DNA of 64,000 nt from a virus (IMGVR_UViG_3300024262_000017:1-64000); one strand, 5' to 3'; positions 36,541 to 46,390 are shown, counted from the first letter of the stretch. Notes: a model not told the origin generated them from the sequence alone. Numbers and translations: made by a program.

Positions 36541-39500
36541 CTACCTCTTTTTGATAGTTACGGGAGTACCGAGAGTTATCCTACCAGAGTGGTATGCCGA
36601 CATCGCATCTGCCTTGGTATTGAAAGTTTGGGCTTTCCCTGTAGGCTTTGCCGACGTTGCTTGGTAAATCCCCATGACGGCTTCTTGTTGCGGTGCAGAG
36701 GTAGTCAAACTGGATTTACGTTGGTCGCTGAGCAACATATGAGGAAGGGTCATACCCTTTGCTTCTGCCACAGCGGCAGGTGTAACAGGTGCTGTAATAC
36801 TGACGGCATCACCATCGAAATCACCAGTCATAATTGGCGCCAGGGATTCATGGACTCGGATTGTTTTTCCAGGAACCAATTTCGGATAGGCAGCCAAGAC
36901 ATTGTACCGGTACAATGAAGGTGCACGGTTGATTAGAACTGGACGTGTCTGGAGCTCTCGGTCTAACACATTTTTTGCTGCGGGGTGTCGGTCATCTATC
37001 ATCTTTTTTGCCTCAGTTGCACCGAAGCCTTTTTGTACAAGGCCCTTCATAACAAATGGGGAGTACATAGACCACCCTGCGTCTTCCGGTAACCCCATCT
37101 CATCCATAGCCAAGGATGTATCGGGGGCGATTGTTCCTCGCCCACTGACGTCTTGACGCTTCTTGATTAGCTTCGAATGAAAGAACCCAGTTTTCGGGCC
37201 ACGCCCTGCCCCAGCAATGCGGGCGATGTAACCTTGTACATTCCTGTTTTTCAACTGAGGACTCAAAGGTTCTTGTAGTCCATATAATGCACCCATAGAG
37301 TCATACAAGTGCTTGCGTGCATCACCCTGTACGATATTGGGCAGCCCCTTTGTTTTTGTAAGAAGGTCGCTCGCAATCATGGTGTCACGAAGTAAATAGT
37401 TAGGGTCACTTACTTGGAGGCGGTTACCACTGTTACTCGGAACAATGGGGCGGTAAACAGGGGGCGGCACAGGTATCTTTGAAACAACGTAGGCGTCTTC
37501 AGGGCGCAGGCCCTGTTCTTTGAGGGTACGTAGGTACTTCAATTCCTTGACTGCATTGTTGCGTTGGTCGGACCTAAGTCCTTTTAGTTTTGTAAGTACA
37601 TCTTTTTCTCGCTGGTCTAAATCAATCTTACTCAGACGCTTTTGAATACCCAGCCCACCTTCTTCACGCATTGTTTTTTCAAAGTCAGCCTTCTTCATAT
37701 CCAACAACGTTTTAACCGAGCGCTCAAACACAGGGTTTACCATTGGTTCAGACAATTGAACATGGCTCCACTTCGTACCAGAGTTACCACCCGTCAAGGC
37801 TGGGTCGAAGAAACCGCCCACTTCAGGGTTCAGGTTTTTGGCATTGACGAATAGGGGTTTTCTAATGGCGCCTGAAGACATCTTCCCAACATCTTTGTCG
37901 GTCAACGGACCCAACTGGATTAGATTGTCACGCTTGTCCATCTTGATACCCGCACTCACGAGCTGCACCCCAAACTTGTCGTAAGCAAAGGAACTCTTCA
38001 GAGCCGGCGTAGGGAGACCCAGTTGGTATGCCCGCCAGTAGTCATCATTCTTTTGACTTTTAAGGACGGAAGTTTCTTTTAGAATGTTCCGAGCATCATG
38101 TGCGAGCAGAGCATTGAATTCTAGTCTACCAATACCCTTGGCACCTTTAGGACCACCTGAAGATGGTTGTTGGTTGGCATCATGGTCCTCAACACCGCGA
38201 GCTGAAAAGTTGGTCGAGGTGGTTTTCATAAGCTTCATGGTGTACTGCGGTCCTACGAGAACCCCTTTGATTTTCTTACCAGTCATTGGGTCAGTGATGG
38301 TTTCTGTATCCTTTAATCCATGTTTCTTGAGTTCGTCTTTGACGTATTGCACATTGTCTCTCGGTGCAAAGTTGTCAATGGCAATGGGTTTCCCGGTCTT
38401 TTCTACGACGCGACCCAATGCAGTTTCAAGAATCTGTGCAGGGTTGATGCGCGTAACTACACTCGTAGGAGAGATAGCCATATCAATAGGGTTATCGTTT
38501 TCATCACGAAGCATTTGGTCATCGGGGACAATCGAAGATACGACGCCCTTGTTTCCATAACGCCCTGCTAATTTGTCACCAATTTTTAGAGGCTCCTCTG
38601 TTTTGATAGTGATGCGAATTTTGTTCCCTGTTCGAAACACATCAGAAACAACACCAGGGGTGTCGTGGTCCCACGTGGTACTCGTATCTCGGTAAGGCTT
38701 GATTAAGCTTTTGTGAAGCTGCCCGAGCATTCTTGCCTCAGGTGAAAGCTTAGTTTTTTGTACGGAAGCTATGAGCAAGTCACCAGGGAGTACTCGCATT
38801 CCAGGCTTTATAAGGCCCCCCTTATCCATGCTGTCGTACATTGTTTTCGGGTACTTGTTTCCGTAATAAGTAGAATGTGTGCTGCGCCCAACAATTGTAT
38901 CTGCATCAGCGTCCATAGCTTCTTCATACATATGCTTAGAAGTCAGTTTTTGTGCGCCAGTCTCTGACACAACGACGGCATCATTACTATTCATGCCATG
39001 CATTGAAGTGTAGGCTACACGGAGATTACGCCCTGTAGATATTCGCCCATCCTGTGCAAATGGGGAATTGGCTATCACTTGCCCTGCAGAAACAGTGTCT
39101 CCGGGTTTCACTGTTAGCTTGTCATTCAAGTACGTTTTAGACTTGAGTGGGAAATTTTGAAAGAAGGGTATTCTGACATCTGCTGGTGCAGCTGTTTTCG
39201 AATTGCTGTTTGGGCGAATGTACACAAAACCATTTTTGATTTTCGTTACTTTCCCTGCAACTGGAGAGGTTGGGGAAATCATGTTACCTACTTCTTGTTC
39301 CATTGTCATACCCGGTCGGTACGATGCTACTTGAATAAAGGGAGCTTCTCCTCCTTTTAGTGGCAACGCTTGTGTCATCATCTTCGAGCCCATGGTTGCT
39401 CGATTACCGTCGATGCTATCAAGGAATGGAATCAAGTTAGTTGAAACCCCATACATCGCATGGACATTTGGAATTTTGTAATCAACTTCATTGGATTGAA

Positions 39501-40902
39501 CAGATTGAACAGTGCCACCACGCATCACATCTACACGACCTGTCATTGTTTGATTGGGGAAGGCAATTGTTTTCTCTACCATTTTTTCTACAGGGATGTA
39601 CTTGGCTTTACCCTTCCGGTCATGCAGTACAGTGTAGATTTTCCCATCATCATCTTTGGCAGCGAACATTGTCGTGCGCAAATCAACACCAGCTTTGAAA
39701 GACTCTGGGGTTCGAACAGGGTCTAGTATTCCCATGTGACTACCATGCAAACGCCGTGCTTCATCTGGGATAGCTCGGTCACTGGGGATACCACCTTCAC
39801 CCATGGGTGTAATCTTGGTGGCTGAGTCGATAATCTCCATTGGGTTAATCTGTGCAGGGTTGCCAGACAAAGCCGACGTGGTTAAGAACTTGTGGATACC
39901 CCGTGTGAAGGGAGCGCTGGGAAGGGAACTGTGAATATCCCCTGTTCGGTCAAGCTTCCCCATAACCTTCCTGCGAATATCTCGGGCATCAAGGGAAATT
40001 CGTTCCTTGATGAAATCATCAGGTCCTATGAATTGCTTGAATGACAAACTATCACGCTCGTCGAAATCCTCGTTCGTATTGTAAGCCTTGAGAAGCTTAC
40101 CTGAAGTTCTTAGTAATGCTTCAGGGGTAACTCGATCAAACCCTTTGCCCAATGTTTTTTCAGTGACACGTGGGTCCATGCGCGTAGCTTCAAAGGTACG
40201 TTGAATAGCCTTAATTTTGTCTTCGCCAGGTTCTTGATTGTAGGAACGCACAACTTTGGAATACAATTTGTCCATATGCTTGTCAGGTTTTTTTCCGGCA
40301 AAATCCTTATTTTGTTGAACGAGTTTGGGGTTCCACTCTTTTTCAATTTGACTATCTGAAACTCCAAGTTGTTGAAGCACAGGGTACAAAGGTATTTTGG
40401 ACGTCCCGTATTCGATGTTGAATTGACCCTTTTTTGGATCCATGCTCATACGGAAACCTGAACCACGGCTCAGATTGAACTGAGCTTCAAGTTCTTCATT
40501 TCTCTTTTTACGAGAATAGACCCCAGCTCTCATGCGTATCTGATTGCTGACAGTGTAGGGATTCCCATCAACAATAAACGTATGATGTGCGGTTAGGTGA
40601 GGCAACCGCATCAAGGTGAACTTATCAACCTTCTGTACGACTTTGCCGGTGGTGTTATCCGTCAAGGTCATAGCTCCCTGAATTGGTTCATGGAGCGTCT
40701 GAGCAGAGAGACGTGCCTTCTTGTAATCTTCAGGCCCATAGTCCTTGGGCTTTACATGCACCCCCGTAACATCGAGCGTGTATTTCTTTCCCACCATGGG
40801 GAAAGAATCTTGGATACCCTGGACAGCCTTTTTGCGAACATCTTCTTGTTTAGAAGCGGCTGTCGTAAAAATCGGTTTCAGGCCTGGGGTCTTATTTTCC
40901 AT
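36541..40902 (-). CDS. rpoB: DNA-directed RNA polymerase: beta subunit fused to the N-terminal catalytic half of beta'
   Basis: Beta motifs TFIVDG, DPVRTPE, LIPFL..DGNRA.MG, GDKLAGRYGNKG, QQP; then beta' motifs PVPPPVYRP, KRQDVSGR, PVLINRAPSL, GDFDGD in one ORF. Confidence 0.95.
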   Translation of the reverse strand: MENKTPGLKPIFTTAASKQEDVRKKAVQGIQDSFPMVGKKYTLDVTGVHVKPKDYGPEDYKKARLSAQTLHEPIQGAMTLTDNTTGKVVQKVDKFTLMRLPHLTAHHTFIVDGNPYTVSNQIRMRAGVYSRKKRNEELEAQFNLSRGSGFRMSMDPKKGQFNIEYGTSKIPLYPVLQQLGVSDSQIEKEWNPKLVQQNKDFAGKKPDKHMDKLYSKVVRSYNQEPGEDKIKAIQRTFEATRMDPRVTEKTLGKGFDRVTPEALLRTSGKLLKAYNTNEDFDERDSLSFKQFIGPDDFIKERISLDARDIRRKVMGKLDRTGDIHSSLPSAPFTRGIHKFLTTSALSGNPAQINPMEIIDSATKITPMGEGGIPSDRAIPDEARRLHGSHMGILDPVRTPESFKAGVDLRTTMFAAKDDDGKIYTVLHDRKGKAKYIPVEKMVEKTIAFPNQTMTGRVDVMRGGTVQSVQSNEVDYKIPNVHAMYGVSTNLIPFLDSIDGNRATMGSKMMTQALPLKGGEAPFIQVASYRPGMTMEQEVGNMISPTSPVAGKVTKIKNGFVYIRPNSNSKTAAPADVRIPFFQNFPLKSKTYLNDKLTVKPGDTVSAGQVIANSPFAQDGRISTGRNLRVAYTSMHGMNSNDAVVVSETGAQKLTSKHMYEEAMDADADTIVGRSTHSTYYGNKYPKTMYDSMDKGGLIKPGMRVLPGDLLIASVQKTKLSPEARMLGQLHKSLIKPYRDTSTTWDHDTPGVVSDVFRTGNKIRITIKTEEPLKIGDKLAGRYGNKGVVSSIVPDDQMLRDENDNPIDMAISPTSVVTRINPAQILETALGRVVEKTGKPIAIDNFAPRDNVQYVKDELKKHGLKDTETITDPMTGKKIKGVLVGPQYTMKLMKTTSTNFSARGVEDHDANQQPSSGGPKGAKGIGRLEFNALLAHDARNILKETSVLKSQKNDDYWRAYQLGLPTPALKSSFAYDKFGVQLVSAGIKMDKRDNLIQLGPLTDKDVGKMSSGAIRKPLFVNAKNLNPEVGGFFDPALTGGNSGTKWSHVQLSEPMVNPVFERSVKTLLDMKKADFEKTMREEGGLGIQKRLSKIDLDQREKDVLTKLKGLRSDQRNNAVKELKYLRTLKEQGLRPEDAYVVSKIPVPPPVYRPIVPSNSGNRLQVSDPNYLLRDTMIASDLLTKTKGLPNIVQGDARKHLYDSMGALYGLQEPLSPQLKNRNVQGYIARIAGAGRGPKTGFFHSKLIKKRQDVSGRGTIAPDTSLAMDEMGLPEDAGWSMYSPFVMKGLVQKGFGATEAKKMIDDRHPAAKNVLDRELQTRPVLINRAPSLYRYNVLAAYPKLVPGKTIRVHESLAPIMTGDFDGDAVSITAPVTPAAVAEAKGMTLPHMLLSDQRKSSLTTSAPQQEAVMGIYQATSAKPTGKAQTFNTKADAMSAYHSGRITLGTPVTIKKR

Positions 40903-40909
40903 GCCCGAA

Positions 40910-40917
40910 AGTATAGG
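40910..40917 (-). promoter_or_regulatory. CC-TATACT -10 element; possible leaderless transcript of the RNAP gene
   Basis: 7 nt upstream of ATG 40902; no SD. Confidence 0.45.
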
Positions 40918-41014
40918 ACAAAAGTGGTATAAGAACTAGGAAGAATTAGTTCGCCCAAAGACCTCTCGGTTTTTGGGCTTCTTGCATCCTAACCCTAACC
41001 GGAGGAGGTGTTAC

Positions 41015-41629
41015 ATGGATGTGGGTCGGAAGGTCCAAGACGACTTCCCTCAGATGCTATTGAACAGCGTTCTGAGGGAAAAGATTGGTCGGAGTCAGCA
41101 GGCATACTTGCTTGCTGAATTAACGGCCAAAGTGCCGGCAAGGCTCCCGGAAGGGATGACCATGTCGGACGTCATCGAAGTGTTCAGCCTCGCTCACTGG
41201 TTCAAGCATTATAAAAGAACCCGAGAATTTTGGCTGAAACTTGATGGGGAGGTGCAACGAGTGACTTGCCTGGAAATCAGGCCAGCCGACCGTTGCATGG
41301 TCGTCTTGGACAAAAACAAAACACGGCGAGAAGTCGTCCTCGACTCGCCGGAGGCTATCAGTAATGTAGAGGACGACGACCAACGGCGGTTGAGGAAGCT
41401 CCTCACCGCTGTTGAGCGTCTTGACGCTCGTGTAGAAGTTTTGCACGAACGTCAGGAAAACATCCAGCAACAGCTGGATGTGACGGCCTTCAAATTAATG
41501 AGGGTCGAGAAATCCCGCGACCGTTTGCGCGCGGGCGCCGAAGAGCTGCAACGGCTCTTCGATGAAAAACGCAACGCCTACCGGCGGGCCATCGGCCCGC
41601 TAAAAGGAGGAAACAATGAAGAAAGCTGA
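41015..41629 (+). CDS. hypothetical protein with a C-terminal coiled coil
   Basis: Start moved to ATG 41015 (SD GGAGGAGGTG); TGgTATAAG extended -10-like element near 40925-40933. Confidence 0.7.
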   Translation: MDVGRKVQDDFPQMLLNSVLREKIGRSQQAYLLAELTAKVPARLPEGMTMSDVIEVFSLAHWFKHYKRTREFWLKLDGEVQRVTCLEIRPADRCMVVLDKNKTRREVVLDSPEAISNVEDDDQRRLRKLLTAVERLDARVEVLHERQENIQQQLDVTAFKLMRVEKSRDRLRAGAEELQRLFDEKRNAYRRAIGPLKGGNNEES

Positions 41630-41693
41630 GCAAGTGGTAGGCCTATGGCCCCGACCGTTCCCCACCCCCGATGATGGGGATGAGGACGATTGA
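41616..41693 (+). CDS. 25-aa peptide MKKAEQVVGLWPRPFPTPDDGDEDD
   Basis: Perfect SD AAGGAGG 5 nt upstream; followed by hairpin AACCCGG-AGTCG-CCGGGTT (41699-41717). Confidence 0.5.
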   Translation: MKKAEQVVGLWPRPFPTPDDGDEDD

Positions 41694-41756
41694 AGAGTAA
41701 CCCGGAGTCGCCGGGTTGCTGACTTGCTCGGCGAAAAATGATTGGGACCGACGCTG

Positions 41757-42152
41757 CTATTCCTGGGCGTCGGTCTTCTTTTTATCTTTTGGGCTAACAG
41801 GTTCTAGGTATTTGATAATGGCAAACGTGGTGCCTTCTTTGTCTGTAACCCATTCTTCTCGGGCTAACACCCAGCCATTTCCTTCAAGGCATCGAGTTTG
41901 AATCTCAGCTAGTTCCTCAACCTCTAATTCATCACCGAGGTTGAATCGTCGGTACTGAGCACGTAGTTTTCGTTTAGGCATCGAAAACAAATTGTGGTCA
42001 GGCATACCCGGAAGTGGTTCTTCTTCAGCTAAGTTGACCCACTTCTCCCTTTCTTTAGGGTGTAATGGTGGGAGGTCTCGTGGGCCTTGTCCCCGCTCTG
42101 ATTCTTGATTCATCACATTGGAGAAGTCAGTGGCGATATTGTCGTTTGGCAT
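41757..42152 (-). CDS. hypothetical protein
   Basis: ATG immediately after the portal stop. Confidence 0.65.
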   Translation of the reverse strand: MPNDNIATDFSNVMNQESERGQGPRDLPPLHPKEREKWVNLAEEEPLPGMPDHNLFSMPKRKLRAQYRRFNLGDELEVEELAEIQTRCLEGNGWVLAREEWVTDKEGTTFAIIKYLEPVSPKDKKKTDAQE

Positions 42153-43886
42153 TTACATCCCCCCTTGCTGGTTAGCCATAGCCTTGGCTTCTTGCGTTTG
42201 TGATTGGTCTAGTTGTTTCATAACGAATGCAACTAGGGCATACATGACAACGTCTTCGGTTTGCAACTGATGCATCTGGCTCTGTTTGATGTTTGGCGGA
42301 GCTTGAGACAATTGAGTTGCAATATTCTGAGCCTCGGCCAGCATTTGTTGCTGGTCGTATTGTGGCCCAGGTCCACCCTGAGAAGCCTGTGATTTGGCTT
42401 GCTCAGATAGATTGCTGGAGAGCTCTTCCATTTTAGATTGGAGTTCCATTTGGAATCTCTGTTCATCCAAGGATTCTTGCATACGCTGAGAGCGCTCTTT
42501 TTCTAAATTACGTCCAAACATCTGGGCCATAGAAGTGTTGGAGAAGAGCACACCATTTGCACCCTGGTTAGCTTGCATAAGCATCATCTTTTGCTGAACA
42601 TCATCAACAAGCTTGAAGGGCTCAAGGCTGAGTTTGACTTTCGTCCAACCCATGTAAGTCGCAACCTGGTCAGATATCCACTGAGCTTCGTCGACGAGTT
42701 CACTGGTGTAATTGAGCAACTGGTTTTCCAACATACGCAGCGTAACACCGGAACCAGTAGCTGACAAACCACCATACAAAAATTCACGGGGGATACCCAT
42801 AGATGCAATGATACCGTTTTCTGCTTCAGTGATTTCTCCTGTCACCATCAATGCTCTACCCTGTCCACCCAGTTGTGTAACACCCAAGGGAATCGGGGAG
42901 AACATGAGATGCAGAGGGTCTTTTCTCCAGGCCTTCAAGTTCAACTTCGTTTCATTGGCCCAGTTTGATAGTGAAATAGCTATCGTTGGGTCAGCCGAAG
43001 CAGTACTTTGTTGTGGGTGTAAAACGCGGAATGGCACAACGTGTTCAAGTGCAATGGCTTCGTTGGCCTTTCGCAGAACCGCGACATAAAAGAATTGTTT
43101 AAGTGTCGAAGTCAAACCTGGAAATCCCCAGCGATTATCAATGCCAGCTGGCGCATCGGACTTCATGTGATAGATGCGTTTTTTTCCGAACTTGAAAATG
43201 CGCTGTGCTGCAATACATTCAATGAATGGCAGGGGCATTGTTTCCAACAGATGCCTATCACCTTTACGAATCTTCTGTTGAATGCCATCAGGCACTTGAT
43301 AGTAATAGTCAGCATCTCCAGTGATGGGGTTTTTTTCAATCTCAATCTGTTTCGGATCCCACCGGATGACATTGATACCTGCAGCGTAACGCAACTTCTT
43401 ATCAACGACTTCAGCCTGGACATGAGCTTTGCAATTGGAGCAAGTCATTTGAAAAACAGCATGCTTTTTTCGAATGCGGAACTTGAAGCTTTTGATAAAC
43501 CTAATGTTTTCAAGATTCCCACACTTGGGACATTTGAGAAAACGACGAAAGGGGAAGTACAACGATACAAATGAGTTGCCGTATACGTGTCTGTCGATAC
43601 CAGTCTTGATGAGAATGTTTTTGATTTTCAAAGTCTCTTCGAGAAGCTTACGGTATTTTCCCTTCAGAGTTGGGTTCTCAGTGTGGTAATTGAGGTCTGT
43701 AACTGGGTAGATTGCGAACTTGTTTAACGCTGCAAATACTTGAGGGCTGTTGTAGTACAGGTACTCGCAATACTTGAATAGTGTTTTGAGTTTGCGAGGT
43801 ACGAAAACAGTTAGGAAGTCAAAGAGAGGATTTGGATGTTGAATGCTACGCCCAATCATCTCCACACTTTGGTCAAACGCTGACAT
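42153..43886 (-). CDS. portal protein
   Basis: Start moved to 43886 (SD AAGGAG); VYGNSFV, IYHMK...WGFP, IIASMGIPREFL.GG; Zn-ribbon insertion; Gln-rich tail. Confidence 0.8.
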   Translation of the reverse strand: MSAFDQSVEMIGRSIQHPNPLFDFLTVFVPRKLKTLFKYCEYLYYNSPQVFAALNKFAIYPVTDLNYHTENPTLKGKYRKLLEETLKIKNILIKTGIDRHVYGNSFVSLYFPFRRFLKCPKCGNLENIRFIKSFKFRIRKKHAVFQMTCSNCKAHVQAEVVDKKLRYAAGINVIRWDPKQIEIEKNPITGDADYYYQVPDGIQQKIRKGDRHLLETMPLPFIECIAAQRIFKFGKKRIYHMKSDAPAGIDNRWGFPGLTSTLKQFFYVAVLRKANEAIALEHVVPFRVLHPQQSTASADPTIAISLSNWANETKLNLKAWRKDPLHLMFSPIPLGVTQLGGQGRALMVTGEITEAENGIIASMGIPREFLYGGLSATGSGVTLRMLENQLLNYTSELVDEAQWISDQVATYMGWTKVKLSLEPFKLVDDVQQKMMLMQANQGANGVLFSNTSMAQMFGRNLEKERSQRMQESLDEQRFQMELQSKMEELSSNLSEQAKSQASQGGPGPQYDQQQMLAEAQNIATQLSQAPPNIKQSQMHQLQTEDVVMYALVAFVMKQLDQSQTQEAKAMANQQGGM

Positions 43887-43914
43887 GGAAGCTCCTTGTC
43901 TGAGACTGCTAAAA

Positions 43915-43943
43915 ATAATAGGCTGCCTACTGCTGTCAATCAA
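43915..43943 (-). promoter_or_regulatory. putative promoter of the portal gene
   Basis: TTGATT-17 bp (ending CC)-TATTAT. Confidence 0.7.
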
Positions 43944-43994
43944 GAACTATCTGATGTGGCTCTATTTACTACGTAAACCCTGGAGACGCAAACC

Positions 43995-45872
43995 ATGGTT
44001 GAGACAGAAACACCTTCCCCTGTTGTGTGCGGTTTTTCTCACTTGCACGGAACTCCAGTCTTTGTTGTACCTATGCTTGCACAGAACAACCGTGAGTTGA
44101 CCCGAGTCTTGGGAGGAGTATTTCTCTCAGCACAGGGTGTGTGGCTATTCCCAGGATTTTACCCGTATGCCAAAGACGTCGTGCGAGATTTGAAACTTGT
44201 TCTCCCAGAAATCCAACTCAGCCCAGAAGCTCAGTCACACTTGGAAATCTGTGAAAACACTGAAGCCTTGATAACGCAGCAACCAATACCATCAGAGTTT
44301 CATGAAGGCTTTGAGTTCATAACAAAACCTTATGAGCATCAAATAGAAGCTTTGAAGTTCGCGATACTCATGATTCGTTGTGGGATTTTTTATGACATGG
44401 GTCTGGGTAAAACGAAAATAGTAATCGATTTGATTCGCCATGAACAACAGAAGGCTCTCATCCTCACGCCTGTAGTGGGCATTACTACGTGGTTCAACGA
44501 GGCACACCTCCACTCTGGGGGTGTCTTACGAGTAGAGCGTGTCATAGGTTCCCCAAAGAAGAAACGTCAAGCCATCATGGATTCTCCTGAAGCAGATATT
44601 CTGGTAGTGGGCTATGACACTGCGAAGCGTTACTATGACGAAATCATCAATACCTTTGAATACAATATCATTGTGGCTGACGAGAGCCACAACTTACGAA
44701 CAAGTAAGAGTGCTCGCACCAAAGCTGCTATTGCGTTGTCTGCCCGAGCAAGTCGGCGTGTTTTGATGAGCGGAACCCCAAGCTTGGGAAACCCGCTTCA
44801 TCTTTGGGGGCAACTGTGTTTCTTAGGCAAGTTCATCCCTGCACGAGATTTCTGGACTTTCCGTAAGTTCTACACAATGCAGCACAAGGCTCAACCTCGT
44901 ATCATTGTAGGGTACAAGAATTTGGAGATGCTCAATGACAAGGTAGGGAAGATTTCTATCAGAAAAATGAAAGACGAGTGCCTTGACTTACCTCCGAGGC
45001 AGATAATCGATGTGCCGTTTGATGTAAGCCCTGAACAAAAGAAGGTGTACAATGAATTGGTTGAAGGGGCTTGCACGATGTTGCAAGACGGAACACTGTA
45101 TGAAGCGGCACACGCAGCTGCTGTAATTCAAAAATTATTACAGATACTGAGTGGCTTTTTCATCAAGCCTCTCCCTGACATTTGTTCAGGTTGTACAGAC
45201 TTGCGTGTATGTGTAGCTAACGAAGTAAAACCTTACACAAGTCGTTGCAAAGTTCAACAAACCCCACCTGTGCAGCGGGTAGAAATACTAAAGAGCAACC
45301 CAAAACTGGATGCTTTAGAAGACCTCCTTGATTCCATTTTAGCTGAAGACAGAAACAAGGTTATCATTTGGGGGTACTTCGTTGCTGAGCTCGACATCGT
45401 TGCTCAGTTACTGGAAAAGAAAGACATCCGTTACGTACGGGTTGATGGGACAAACAGTAACAAGGCTCAAGACATTGCAACAAAATTCAATGCGACACCT
45501 AAAATTCGAGTGTACTTGGCAAACATTTCTACTGGAGTAGCTCTAACCCTAACGTCGGCTGCTTACACCATTTACTATGGGCTAACGTATAAGCTTGATG
45601 AATACCTCCAGTCACTCGACCGCAACTACCGCATTGGACAAACAGAAAAGGTTATGGCTTACCGCCTTATTTCAAATGGTACTGTTTTGTCTTACGTTGC
45701 AAAAGCACTTCAAAACAAACTGAACATTGCAAACACGCTGACTGACCGAATCAATTGTGTGGTGTGCCCTAAGAACGTTGTTTGTTTAGATGAGGGTACC
45801 ATACCCTTTTCACCAGGCTGTATCTATCATGACCGCGTGGGGCGAATTATTACGCGCCCACAAAAACTGTGA
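43995..45872 (+). CDS. SNF2-family helicase/ATPase
   Basis: PYEHQ, DMGLGKT, ADESH, MSGTP, QSLDRNYRIGQ. Confidence 0.92.
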   Translation: MVETETPSPVVCGFSHLHGTPVFVVPMLAQNNRELTRVLGGVFLSAQGVWLFPGFYPYAKDVVRDLKLVLPEIQLSPEAQSHLEICENTEALITQQPIPSEFHEGFEFITKPYEHQIEALKFAILMIRCGIFYDMGLGKTKIVIDLIRHEQQKALILTPVVGITTWFNEAHLHSGGVLRVERVIGSPKKKRQAIMDSPEADILVVGYDTAKRYYDEIINTFEYNIIVADESHNLRTSKSARTKAAIALSARASRRVLMSGTPSLGNPLHLWGQLCFLGKFIPARDFWTFRKFYTMQHKAQPRIIVGYKNLEMLNDKVGKISIRKMKDECLDLPPRQIIDVPFDVSPEQKKVYNELVEGACTMLQDGTLYEAAHAAAVIQKLLQILSGFFIKPLPDICSGCTDLRVCVANEVKPYTSRCKVQQTPPVQRVEILKSNPKLDALEDLLDSILAEDRNKVIIWGYFVAELDIVAQLLEKKDIRYVRVDGTNSNKAQDIATKFNATPKIRVYLANISTGVALTLTSAAYTIYYGLTYKLDEYLQSLDRNYRIGQTEKVMAYRLISNGTVLSYVAKALQNKLNIANTLTDRINCVVCPKNVVCLDEGTIPFSPGCIYHDRVGRIITRPQKL

Positions 45873-45901
45873 TCTCGTGGTAAAAGAATGTTGGAGGATT
45901 T

Positions 45902-46390
45902 ATGTCGCAGCATCTCATTTTAACAACAGATGGAAGTGCAAAATTTTATCACATGCGTGGGGGGTTTGTAATTCGTGACGCAGACTCCGGTGTCATCCTG
46001 GAAACTGGAAGCAGACCCTTTGGTAAAGGCACCAGCAATGTTGCTGAGTATTCAGCTCTCATTGCAGGGTGTAAAGCACTACACTGTTATGCTTTCAATA
46101 GTGTAACGGTGTACACTGACAGTCAGTTGATTGTAAGACAGATGAAGGGGGAGTATCGCGTTTCACCTCGTTTACGAAAATTACATGCACAAGCACTCGC
46201 GCAATTACGTCAGCTACGTGCCAAGCTTGTTTGGCATCGTCGTGATGAAGGGGATGGTCCCCTGGCAGATGCGCTCGCCGCTGGAGAACACTTGGAGGTT
46301 ACTGATGGAACTGGAGATCAGTTGGACAAAGGAAGACATCGAGCAGAAATTGAAGAAGGAATTGGAGGACAGCGGCTTTCGGCTGGTTGA
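45902..46390 (+). CDS. rnhA: ribonuclease HI-like protein
   Basis: TDGS, TSNVAEYSAL, YTDSQLIVRQMKGEY, LADALA. Confidence 0.85.
   Translation: MSQHLILTTDGSAKFYHMRGGFVIRDADSGVILETGSRPFGKGTSNVAEYSALIAGCKALHCYAFNSVTVYTDSQLIVRQMKGEYRVSPRLRKLHAQALAQLRQLRAKLVWHRRDEGDGPLADALAAGEHLEVTDGTGDQLDKGRHRAEIEEGIGGQRLSAG

Noticed and set aside
33175-40902. Interpretation as a cellular rpoBC locus or host contamination
   Set aside because: There are no ribosomal-protein neighbours, the subunits are reduced and re-split, and the genes are embedded among portal and head genes.
40988-41000. Telomere-like CCTAACCCTAACC
   Set aside because: There are only two units, which is expected by chance.
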